NCBI GenBank assembly: GCA_965202585.1
Contig: OZ241826.1
Location: 13,330,001-13,394,000 of the forward strand
Source of the DNA: Thalia democratica
Lineage: Eukaryota
DNA length: 64,000 nt
Reading direction: 5' to 3'
Part shown: piece by piece, positions 53,240-64,000 of the stretch
Layout of the letters: each line of letters begins with the position of its first letter
How positions within the stretch are numbered: the stretch's first letter is position 1
Program-made: the position numbers and the translations under genes
Notes under the pieces: model-generated
Told to the model about the DNA's origin: nothing
Database searches by the model: none
Seen by the model: only the letters and a program-made list of their open reading frames with translations

Positions 53240-53513
53240 AAAAAAGTGGGCGCTGGACAGCCTGCCTGTTTGATTTCGGCTGCCTGTCCTGCGTACCAAG
53301 TTCACGTCCCAGTGGAATTACAATCTCCTTCTGAAGAAACGACCTAACGGGGTTTACAATCTAATGCACATCGCGCTGACAAGGGTGCTGGCAGCTAATC
53401 ACATTCTTATATACTTGCGTGGTCGTCCCCATGAAAGGGCGACCACCGGGACTCGAGCTCGGGACGAAGGGCCGGCAGTCGCATAAGCAAGCCGCTGGGC
53501 CATACAGGCGCCC
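53240..53513 (-). ncRNA. Candidate Pol III ncRNA gene, copy 5
   Basis: B-box AGCTCGAGTCCC; 5' GGGCG pairs with CGCCC 77 nt downstream followed by UUU; internal T6 broken (TTTCTT). Confidence 0.55.
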
Positions 53514-53799
53514 GCCTGTCTACTCTAATTACTGTATATAAACCATCTATATTCAAAATAAATTTTATATATTTTATTGAAAAAAAGTTAAAAAAGTATA
53601 GGATTTATGAAAAAATTGTATGAAATACACCATATATCACCGTGTGTATGAGATAACAAGTGTATGAGATACACCGTATTATAATAATTTTTAGTCTCAT
53701 AATATTTATTCAAAAAAAAAATCTCAAGATTAAAAAAATTTAAAACATACTTTCTTTTAATGAACTTTGTTAATGATGCTCAAGAGTTAAAAAATATAT

Positions 53800-56030
53800 T
53801 ATTCGTAAATTAAGCATTTAATTTCAAACATAGTACTTTTTCGCATTACTTTCTTTTTATTTTTTAGTTTTTAGAAAACATTTGCTCGAAGATATTTTGA
53901 GAAAAATAATAAAAGAGAAAGGTTTGAGAAAGCGATTCACCCAAGTTTTTTCTCTCTTTTTATCTTTATGAACAACGACTTATTTGTTTAACAGCAGCTA
54001 GTTGCTATTTAAAATATAAAAAGCTATGTTCCTAACATTAATTTTATTTTTTGTGCTCATAAATAGCTTTACAAATATAATTGGTTTATTGCTTTCATAG
54101 TTAGTTTTATATTGGGAAATAAGAACATATCAAATAAAGATACTTTATTTATCATAAGTTAAGTTAAGTGTTCTTAACAATTGCTTTAACTTTCTTAAGC
54201 TTCAGCTTTATTTCTTAGGAACTTAGTTTAAAGTTAAAAATAAACTTTAAACAAGAGTTTCAAGCAAATGTTTAAACAATTCTTTACGATTTAAAAAAAT
54301 ATCTCAGTTTTTAGTAAGAGTAAAATCAGTTAAAAGGTGAGTATTAAAACTAACTATAAGATTTCTGTTTACCTGTTTTAAAATTTAATACAGCTTAAGT
54401 CAAGTATTTGTAATATTATTGATCTTTTAAGTTATTAAATAAATATTTGTTTTGCAACTACATTATTAATGGTATATAGCAGAAACATCAACTTTATTGT
54501 AAAAATATTATTTTGTTTACTAAGGCAATTCGATAATGTACAGCTGATTATACCTAATTAGAAAATGTTTTTTTGTTTAAATTATTTTAACCAAACACAT
54601 TTATATTTAAAGTTATAAGAAAATAGTTAAACTTTTGTTTTTAATCTTGAAGTCAAGTTTTTAGTTTTGTAAACATTCAGTAAAATTATAACATTAAAGT
54701 TTGAATTACCTATTAAATACTAAATGACTTCCTTGATAAAACAAAAGCAACTCAGTTCAACTTACAAAACAAATAGTTTAATGAAAAGTTGTCATTAATA
54801 TTAAATTTAGTTTTAATATATACTTCTTACAAATTTAAATATTAAGTTTCTAATTAAATTTTAGAAACTTTTTGCAACATAAAATAAATAAAGCTTTAAA
54901 TCTACTAAGAAAGAACTAGTTTAAAGATTTTTCATTAAAAATTGAGTTGATTTGAAAACTTTTTATGGCAGAATTAAAAAAAAAGTATACGTTTAAATGT
55001 GCACTTCATTTTATTTTTTAGCAAACTAACACAGAAAATTGTTTGGTCATAACAATACTTATTTAAGCTAAACTGTTTTTTTTTTCTTTGACTATTTAAG
55101 CAAAAAAAAATTGTTAAAGTGCATATTTGAAAATAATTGTGTTATTAATTTGTACTTAACATATTTAAAGTTTAATTTATTTAAAGTTGTTGCTGTTTAC
55201 AAATAATAAACTAATAACGCAAGAAAATTTTCAGTAATAGAAACAGACTATAAGTTTTTTTTTGCATAAAAAAAATTGTAAAATTAGCACAAAGTTTTTA
55301 GTTAATTAAGTTATAAAAAGTAAACTATAAGCCTAGTGAGCACAAAAAGCTCATTTTAATTATACAATGTTAGCTAACGATGTACATATTTTATTTTATC
55401 AGTGTTTTTTTTTTAGTTTTTAAGTTATCATTTTGATATCGAAGTAAAATTTAAGAGTATACGTTTTAAAAAAATTACATTTCTTAGATTGTTACTTTTT
55501 TTAGTATAATGTTTGTTTAAAGCTGCTAAAACTTATATTTATCGTTGTGGCAACGTAAATTTTTTTTTGTTAATCATGAATAATTTACTTCTGATAATTT
55601 TTATTCATGTTGTTATTTTGAGATTTAATTTAATTTTCTCTCAAATTAAAATATATTCTAAACCAGCTGTATAACTGTTTACGTTATAACTTTGAAGTCA
55701 TTCTACAAAAAATTAAAATCAAATAACACATGTGATTCAAAACAAAAACGAATTTAAACGAAAAACTGCTTTGAATAGATTTGAGTACTAAATCAGTTCT
55801 TGAGAAATGATGAAAACTAAGCCATAATAATAACTTACATTTCCAAAAATTTAAAATAAACAAAACCAGGGTTTTTCAAAGTAGGCAAGTGGCCTCCTTA
55901 GGGGCCTTAAGGTCATCATTTAAACACACGCGAAATATTCTTGATGAAGAGCAAAAAAGGTCTAAAGGTAGTTTTTTTGTTGGGAAAGATTATAGAAGAG
56001 GGTCATTGCTTTCTAAAATCTAAAAGGGAG
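53800..56030. repeat. Right arm of the inverted segmental duplication (partner 41160-43960)
   Basis: Reverse-complement collinear with the left arm but lacking the ~570-bp hammerhead insertion. Confidence 0.75.
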
Positions 56031-56127
56031 TCAACTGAAAAATAGTTTCGGAAAACTTGGTAATTAACTTTCATAAAATAAACTAATTATTTATGACTGT
56101 ATTTTTTAGGTCATTGTGATTAACAAC

Positions 56128-57042
56128 ATGAATTCTGTAAAATCCACAGAAAAAGAAAACATTTTGGATTGGCTTCGAATCCTTAAGGGAATGAAAACAA
56201 AATTGAACGACGACACATTTGAGTCTTTCTATGAAACAACTTTTCCGTTAAAAAATTTAAACTCAAAACCTCAACATTCAAAAAGCAACTTTCCAAATTA
56301 TCTTCCTTCAACAGCAAGTTCAAAACCTCGTTGGTACGAACACCCGAGCTCATCTTTCCGGCCTCTCAATCCTGATAACAATTTTTCACCTGAAAAATCG
56401 AACGAAGTTATTTATTTAGAATATTTGCAACGTAACCATAATAGTTGGACTTTCGATGATGCGAGAACAGGTGATCGTCAGTCTGAAAATCCCGACAACA
56501 GTCTTTCTGCGATCGGCAGTGAAGCAGCTGAAAAATTCAGTAAATATAAGTTTGCAGATGCGAGTTTTGTTGACGAGTTAAAGAAGTTTACGAGACACCC
56601 TCCGAAATTCTTGAACGAAAATTTGGCTGATAAAAATCCTTCTGCAATTGTTGGTGAAGCAGTTGAGAATTCGAACAACATTGATTTTGATTACCCAGAG
56701 TTTGCAAGACACCCTTGGAAATTCTTGAATGAAAATAAAAATCATTTTGCAGTTGAGAAAGCGAGCAACGTTGATTTTGAATTCCCAGACTTTTTAAGAC
56801 ACCACCCGAGCTTCGGGTGCGAACAAGCTATAACAATTACTTGGCATGAAAAATTTATTTCAAAAAATGAAAACTTTTCTTTACCTTTCCCGCCAAAATT
56901 TTACGCTGAAAATGATTCTGAACGAGGAAGCGACGTTGGAACTTCAGAATATTTGCACGATGATTGTCATCATGATTCAACTTCAAAAGATGCAGGTTTG
57001 AGATCAGATGAAAACTGTTTTTACGACCGCTTGCTAAGTTGA
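56128..57042 (+). CDS. Intronless orphan protein with a DWL motif and internal RHP-KFLNEN repeats
   Basis: Open ~305 codons (first ATG 56128; track ORF from GTG 56116); EKENILDWLRILKGMK matches the family motif; ttttttag acceptor at 56109. Confidence 0.72.
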   Translation: MNSVKSTEKENILDWLRILKGMKTKLNDDTFESFYETTFPLKNLNSKPQHSKSNFPNYLPSTASSKPRWYEHPSSSFRPLNPDNNFSPEKSNEVIYLEYLQRNHNSWTFDDARTGDRQSENPDNSLSAIGSEAAEKFSKYKFADASFVDELKKFTRHPPKFLNENLADKNPSAIVGEAVENSNNIDFDYPEFARHPWKFLNENKNHFAVEKASNVDFEFPDFLRHHPSFGCEQAITITWHEKFISKNENFSLPFPPKFYAENDSERGSDVGTSEYLHDDCHHDSTSKDAGLRSDENCFYDRLLS

Positions 57043-59876
57043 CTGGCGTAAATGAGTTGGCTTGCTGAGTTAAGTGGCGTGAATATAAAAACTCAGAACA
57101 ATATTTTAAAGACAGTTAAAGGTATTGATTAGATTAAATTATTTAACATCAACTTTAATAACATGTTTAGTTTACTTTTAAACTTTACACTAACTTAACA
57201 GCTTGCTTAGTCAAACTTACTTTTTTCTTCTTCAACTTTCTGCTATTAACATTAAGTCTTTTGTTTTTCACTTTTTTAACTGTTCTATTTAATTATGAAA
57301 TATTTAATTAATTTTTTCATTCATAATTTCGTTGTGGTTTTTATTCATAACTTAAGATTTAGTAGGATTTTTTTTAAACCCTTATTGATTTTTTACTACT
57401 TATGTATCCATTCTGGAGATGAAGTTTTGTTGATGTTACTTAAACTTTGGTTTATGAAACAATGATTGTCAATTTTTTAATATTACATACTTTTACTTTT
57501 AAACTAAATTGAGATTAAGCTATAACAAACAAATACAAAATGTGTTACTTTAGTATTATACGTTTGGTTTTGTACGAAAATATAATACAATATTTTAAAT
57601 TATTAATCGTAGTTTTAACATACTACAAATAGTGCTTAGGATAAGTCAATTTTAAGCATAATGTACAAAACATCAAAATAAGATTACTATAATAATAATA
57701 AAGGATTACAAATAATAAAAAATCACTATAGCGTATAGCAAAAGTGCTTTAAGTAGTTGAGGTAAATCATGAATTAAAATAATTTAGTTTCGTTTAGTAT
57801 CGAAATGCATAACTTAATGTATAAATTATAACATAATAGAAACGGTATGTACTATTCTTTGGTTTTGTTAAGACTGAATGATAAACAAACTTTTCACTTA
57901 ATACAATTTTGCTAGTTTTTTAGTCAAAAAAAAAATTTTTGTGACATTTAACAATTGCAAAAAAAAATACTAAATATACGACTTGTATTTACTATCTTAA
58001 AGTTTAATTAACATTAAAGATGGCTGATTTGATTTTTTTGAATTTTGGATACTCAAATGTATTTTTTTTGTAGTGTTTTGTTTTTAATTATTGTTTAGAA
58101 ATAGAAGTCGTTATAAGTTATTATTACGTTTGACTAACAAATTTTTCAAGCAAATAATTGCCATATATTAACAAATTTCATTTGATGCTAGTTTGTTTTA
58201 TTTAAAAAAATCAAGAAAGTTAATTATAAACAAAAATAAGTACAAAATTAAGAAAACAGTGTTTAAAAAATAATTTTTGTAAAAAAGTTAGGCAAGCTTA
58301 TAAAATATAAAAGTAAACTGTGTTTACTAATTAACTTTGTTGGCTTAACTCTAAAAGCTGAACTAGTTTACTGTTTTTAGATTCAAAATGCTAATTAGAT
58401 AACTAATATTTGAGTGTTTAGTTATTTACCATGCAACTAACTTGAAGAAAACAATATCATATAGTAAATATAAGCTTAAGATGTACTATGTAATTAAGTT
58501 TTTTCAGAATTTTAAATTATATTGTAAAGAAAACAAATAGTTCAAAATTATTAGTAGCTATCATGAATTAGTTAAATTTTAAATTAAACTAGCAAAAAAT
58601 GTTTTTTTTGAAAGTTTATATTAGTAAACTTGTTCTTTAAAACAGTATAAGAAATTGCACACTTATTAATACTTAAGAATAATTCTACAAATTGTATTAA
58701 GTATGTAATAACTATTTCTGATTTTTGACAATCTTAGTTATTAAGTTTAATCTTTCCATTATTTTTAGTCATCAACAATCTTTTAGCTGTGGTCTATTAA
58801 GTAGTTATCAAAGTGTAGAGTGCTACTAAGTTTTGACGATAGTAAAAAATGTACACTGTTATTGGAGCTAATTTCATGCAGTATTTTTTGAACTATGAGA
58901 AAATAATTTATAGCTTTCCTGTGAATTTTTTTTATCAACTTAAAATTTCCTTTAATTTTGGTAAACTGAATGGTTAGTAATATCGGAATTGTGCTTTAAA
59001 CCTTTATTAAGAATATTTAGCATAATTGAAAGTTTTTAAAATAAAAACTAATATGTTTCTGATAACATGAACCACCTACAAACGACTAAAGATTTTAATT
59101 TGTTAAACATTTTACATATAGGTGCTTATTAAAATTTTTTATTAAAATTCTAAATTGTTCATTCTTAAAAAATCGTTGTACTAAATATTTAAGTGTTCTT
59201 GCAATTTTTTACTAAAATGCTTTAATTTTTTGTATTTATAACAAATTATTAAAATTAAAATCTACTTATAGATAATGATCTCTAAAGCTATATAGTGCCG
59301 AGCTACTAATAAATTTAGATAAAAAGCAGTTATATTTAAACTCTTTAAGCTAATTTTGAAACATTACCTATCCAAGCAGTAATTTATTTGCACAAAAAGT
59401 AATTATATCAAGTTAGTTTTATTACTAAGCAAAAGCGTTCAAGGCTTGGCTTAAAAAAACATTGCACAAGTATTATAAATTACTATAACGTATTTGCTTA
59501 AAATTATGTGTCATCAATTATTAGAATTTTTCAAGCATATGTATCAAACTAAACAAATCAGATGTATTTTACTTTTTTTACATTGTTAGTTTAGTTTTTT
59601 CTATATTCAATATCTATTTTTGCTAAAAATGTTTGAAAATACTGTTTATTTTAAATTAGTAGCTTATTAAGTGCAATTTTGTTTATTAGAAATCTGGTTA
59701 AGGTGGATAAGTTTTTTTTCATTTTCATAAATAGAAATTATAAACTATAATTTTTGTAACAAAGAAAACATAATATAGATACAAATGCATATTTTTAAGA
59801 GCAGTAATTTTAAGAATATATTTTTTTTATTGAACTGAGAAATAATTGTGTATTTTTTCAGATTATTTTAACAAAC

Positions 59877-60752
59877 ATGTCTTTGGAAAAAGAAAAAATT
59901 TCACAATACCTAAAAATTTTGAACAAGATGAAAAACAGTAAGAAAGATTCATCGAAAATTTCTAGGAGCTCATTTTGTTCTTCCGAATCGCAAGGTTCAG
60001 GCTTTTCAAGATCACAGGATTCAGGTGACTCTTGGAACGGTTCCAAATCTCAGAGTTCTACATCGTGTTCACATTTTTTTGTTTCCAAAGAAAAACAAAA
60101 AAAAAAGGATTGGTTGCGAGTCATGGGCAACATGAAAGAAAAGTTACAAGTTTCAAATGGTTTTAATGATCAAGCGTGGGAAGATTACATTAGAGACACC
60201 AAAATCTCTGTTGATGATGAAATAGAAGATAAAAACTTACAAGTTTCTGGTGTTCAAAATGTTCAAGCGCGTAAACCCAACCCAAGTAATGAGGTTGAAA
60301 TATCGAGTTGCAAAGAATGTTTTGATAGCTTAAAATCTGAAGTTTTGGAAGCTTTAGACGCAGACTTTATTGAAAGATACTTTTGTCCTGAAAACTGCGA
60401 AAGCTTGAGAACTGAAGCTACTGATAGAACAAATAAGTTCACTAATCTTAAGCAAGTTGAAAATGAGAGGCATGAGAAAACACTTAAATCAGAGTGTGAG
60501 ACTATTGAAGAAAAAGTAACAAACACTGTGTTTGTGCGTATACGTAATAAAATGTCAAAAGCCCTAGCCATGGAAAGCTTCCATGGTTTCGGAAATGTGA
60601 TTGATATCAATTTGAAATCTTCTGCTGACGGCTGTTTGGAGGGGCTGGTTTCATTTGAGTATGTTGAAAAGGCCAAGTTCTGTGTCAGATTGCTAAATGG
60701 TTTGCCCGTGGGAATCAGACCTGTTGTCATGTTGGCCAAGAAACCCAACTAG
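59877..60752 (+). CDS. Intact intronless 291-aa Ser-rich/DWL/RRM-like protein
   Basis: NTVFVRI...ESFHGFGNVIDINL...EGLVSFEYVEKAKFCVRLLNGLPVG is RRM-like; paralogous to the 31 kb and 36 kb copies including the 3' flank; ttttcag acceptor 15 nt before the ATG. Confidence 0.82.
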   Translation: MSLEKEKISQYLKILNKMKNSKKDSSKISRSSFCSSESQGSGFSRSQDSGDSWNGSKSQSSTSCSHFFVSKEKQKKKDWLRVMGNMKEKLQVSNGFNDQAWEDYIRDTKISVDDEIEDKNLQVSGVQNVQARKPNPSNEVEISSCKECFDSLKSEVLEALDADFIERYFCPENCESLRTEATDRTNKFTNLKQVENERHEKTLKSECETIEEKVTNTVFVRIRNKMSKALAMESFHGFGNVIDINLKSSADGCLEGLVSFEYVEKAKFCVRLLNGLPVGIRPVVMLAKKPN

Positions 60753-61544
60753 ATATGTTGACTGTATTGTACATTTGCTGCGTTAAATATCTGTGATTCT
60801 TAACTTTTTTGTATTGGTTTTTTTGGACTAGTAAAAGTGATTTAAATTTTGATACTTGTACTTATATTTATGGGTCATAACTTTTCTTTTAGATTGATGT
60901 TTCTGTCGTTTTATAAATTTAAAAATTTTCAAACTACTTTCTAATTTACCTTTTCTAAAGTGGCCCTTACTTAATTTTTATCGTCATCAGTTTTAATATA
61001 TATTGTTTTAATTAAAGCAATAAATATAAGTGTTGGAAACATTTTGTAGAGGTCGCAGGTTAATTTTCAAACTAAAAAAAACAATAAAACTAAGCTTTTT
61101 CTTTAAAAAAAAATATCAAAAAAAGTATGAGCTTCATTTATATATTTCAAAGCGTATCTTTTCCGAAATATAATTAAGAATAAAGAATTTTTTGAAAGCA
61201 AAGTTTTTTTTATGTATGGACTGCACAATAATTAATTACTGTCTGATGATATTTTTGCAACAAAAATTTCTTGACAATGTAATTACTTTCTCTAAATATT
61301 CTTAAAAAATGCAAATTTTAATTACAGTAAATAACAACTTCTACTAACATTTTGTGCTAAAAATATTTTGTTGGTTCTTTGTTAATAAATTTGTAATTTA
61401 TTGAAGCTCAGTTAACAATTTCAGTCTCAATACCATAATTTTGTATTTTATAAAATATTTACCTATACCTTACGTAAAATTTTAAGTCTTAATTTAACAA
61501 ACAAAATACAAGCTTTTTAAAAAACAAGCATCAGAGTCCTCTTG

Positions 61545-62822
61545 AATTTACCAAGATAAAGTATACTTCAGATAAGTAGAAATGCTATATACAACAAACG
61601 TCATAAAAATTATCACAAAATTCCCCAGAGAATTTGGATAGTCTGTTTAAGAAAGTTAATAGAAAAACTATCTGAGTTTTTATAACTACATAGTTGATTT
61701 TTTGAACTTCAAGGACGAAAAGTTCAGGCTAAATTTATCTTGTACATTTTTCATATCTTAACTTGTATAGTCACTTATTTTGTTAATTTCTACCAGGTTT
61801 TTAAAATTACACATTTTTGGGTCTACCTTTAGTTTAAGATTAAAAAAATATTTTAAATAGAATAAAAAAATTGAATGTAAAGCTACTTTAAATATGCTTG
61901 ATAATAAGAAAAATGATGATGACAAAACATTTTTATATATATGGTAGATTTTTAGTGTCAAATTGAAATTACTACTATACATGTAAAACTTGTTTAAAAG
62001 TTCACATTTTTTAAAATAAATTTTTGGTCTAGTGGCCACCCCGTGTAATTATACATTACCTGTAAACATTTGTGTGTAACAAAGTAAAATTGATAGAATG
62101 CATTAAGTAAAATATTTTTGATAATAGACTCAATTGTTTCCTCTGTGGTAAATATTTGAAAAGTGTTGTTATTAATATTTTAACATCTCCACAACTTTTT
62201 TTATAAATTGTGAAACAACTTCCAAATTTTTAATTATTACTGTTTAGTTAAATGTTACACATAAAATAATTACTTACATTAATTTGATAAAAAATTAAAA
62301 CTCTCAAAAAGCTGTTTGATTGCCAGTAAAAAATAAATTTACGTTTCTCACAAAAAAAACACCTAAATTTAGCCATTTAAAATATATTTTAGCACTCACT
62401 AAAGGCTTAATATAAACTGACATAAATCAAAATACATTCTAAAATAAACATTTTGTAAAGCGTTGATTCTATTAAAGTTTAATAAGAAACACCATAAACA
62501 TTGTCAAAATATAGAGAATAACTTTGATAGCAAACAAGTCAGCTTTTAAATTTCAAATAGTTTGATGTTTTAAATTTTTTTTAACTAAAAATTTAAACAA
62601 CCACACGTTTTGAATACTTTTTTAATTTTAACTATCAGAGTAAAAACTTTATGAATCTACTAAAATGCCATAGAATTTTACACATTAAAAAGCTAATTTA
62701 ATTTCTTGTTTATCTAAAAGATTGTATTCAATAAGTTAACAGAATAATTATAACATAAATTAATACTTCTTCTTCACAAATCTCTTTCCGCTGTACATGC
62801 AAGTCTTTACTTTTCCATCGTC
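61545..62822 (-). other. Isolated exon-like segments of a possible neighbouring minus-strand gene
   Basis: 62822-62767 (ttttttag...gtatta) and ~61642-61546 (YPNSLGNFVIIFMTFVVYSISTYLKYTLS, hydrophobic, GTAAAT donor); the phases do not join directly. Confidence 0.25.
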
Positions 62823-64000
62823 CTAAAAAATATAAACATATTTTTAAAATGTTTTAAAAGTAGTTATTAAATTTATTTATAACTTTAAAGTTAGTTAAAA
62901 TGTAAAACCATTATATGATTAATCATCATACCAAATATAAATAAATAACATATAAAACTTTAACTAAACTATAACATTTAGGTATTTGCATTATCTAAGA
63001 GTAGCTAAATAAGAAGTTAAAAAATTATAAAAATGCAAATTTTGCTTTGTGAAATATGATAACAAAATACCATAAAAAATACAAAAAGTCTTCAACTTAG
63101 TTATGTTATAAGACTTAGCAAAAATATTGTGAAATGATTCAAAACATATACTCTTAAAATTACTCTACTATATTATCACAAATAATATTATAGAAATTCA
63201 ACAAGTTTTTATGTTACTACATTTTCAAAGAAAAATGTCAGAATTGAAATCTAAAAAAGTTTATTTTCATTTTACTTTATATTTTTTAAAATGAAGTCAG
63301 TTTAATTTTCTCAAAAAGTTAAGTTAAATAACAACAAATTAAATCAATGATATGTACAACTTGCTTGACTTGATTAATAATTGAGATACAGTAACTTATA
63401 TACACAGTCTAATAGTATCAAATGTAAATGTGGTTATCTTAATAAAACTTTTCAGAAATTTTATGGATTTATTTGAATTAGATTATATAATCTATTAAAA
63501 ATTAATTATTTCAGAAAAGAATAAAGTTTATTTCGGAAGATTATATAAACTTGAGTTAAAAAGTTTTCTAGGTTACGGTCATATGGGTGTTTAACTTGAT
63601 TTTCACAAGTTTAAAACATTTTTGAAATTATTAAATATTAATTTATATATATTAATACAATTCAAAGCAGTTTTTAATACATAGAGATCATAGCTGGCGA
63701 ATTCAATAGGTTTTATATGGAAAATTGAAAATTGAAGAAACAAAAAACCGCTTTGTATAAAAAAAAACTAGCTTCTGTTTATTTTATAAAAAGTAAACTT
63801 TAAACATTTGAACAGTTTGTAATTTACCATATTTTAGTTTATAAATTGCCTTATTGTTTCAAGTTTGAAAAGAAAGCGGATTTGAACAGCTACTTTTTAA
63901 AGTCTTAGTTTCAAAAACAAATATTTGAGTAGAAACCCCCTTATAGGAAACTCAGCTTAAAGCAAAAATTAAATGAGCCTCAGTCAGCCTGAGTCTAACA

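Larger units (their letters stand above)
51451..53622. repeat. Tandem array of 5 full 421-bp units plus a partial sixth
   Basis: Unit starts at 51451, 51872, 52293, 52714, 53135, 53555; each has a ~155-bp A-tract spacer and a 266-bp GC-rich core. Confidence 0.97.

Noticed and set aside
41160-56030. Maverick/Polinton or other autonomous giant transposon
   Set aside because: No pPolB, integrase, ATPase, capsid or transposase ORF, and the arms are old and diverged.
30447-60748. Antisense ORFs 30447-30632, 30651-30944, 56478-56681, 59858-60046, 60263-60748
   Set aside because: Reverse-strand shadows of the RRM/DWL family genes.
465-62039. Other short AT-rich ORFs in the track (e.g. 465, 8649, 10151, 16430, 26727, 41594, 43739, 44649, 49657, 61758)
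   Set aside because: Composition (F/L/I/K/Y/N-rich) is typical of random frames in AT-rich introns and repeats, and many begin at non-ATG codons.

Overview
Very AT-rich animal (invertebrate-like) genomic DNA; the lineage cannot be fixed from the sequence. About 4.9-26.4 kb (+) holds a 16-exon ataxin-7/Sgf73-family gene with a clear SCA7 zinc finger. All exon phases join, but the 5' end is unresolved. Its introns repeatedly carry tandem 'echo' copies of adjacent exon ends and splice sites, a 584-bp foldback, a ~150-bp satellite and MITEs. About 30-61 kb is an accessory region of intronless orphan ORFs: three paralogues with a Ser-rich/DWL/degenerate-RRM layout (one intact, one with a single TGG>TAG, one decayed), a second RRM ORF and a DWL-motif repeat ORF, arranged in two inverted duplications. 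The most striking non-coding signals are (i) a ~570-bp insertion with two inverted type I hammerhead ribozymes (Penelope/retrozyme-like), whose empty site is visible in a paralogous segment, and (ii) a 5 x 421-bp array whose GC-rich core has TATA, A-box and B-box-like elements at tRNA spacing, a vault-RNA-like 5' panhandle and T6 terminators. A separate single Pol III-like structured element lies at ~35 kb. All calls were made by eye; no database searches were run.
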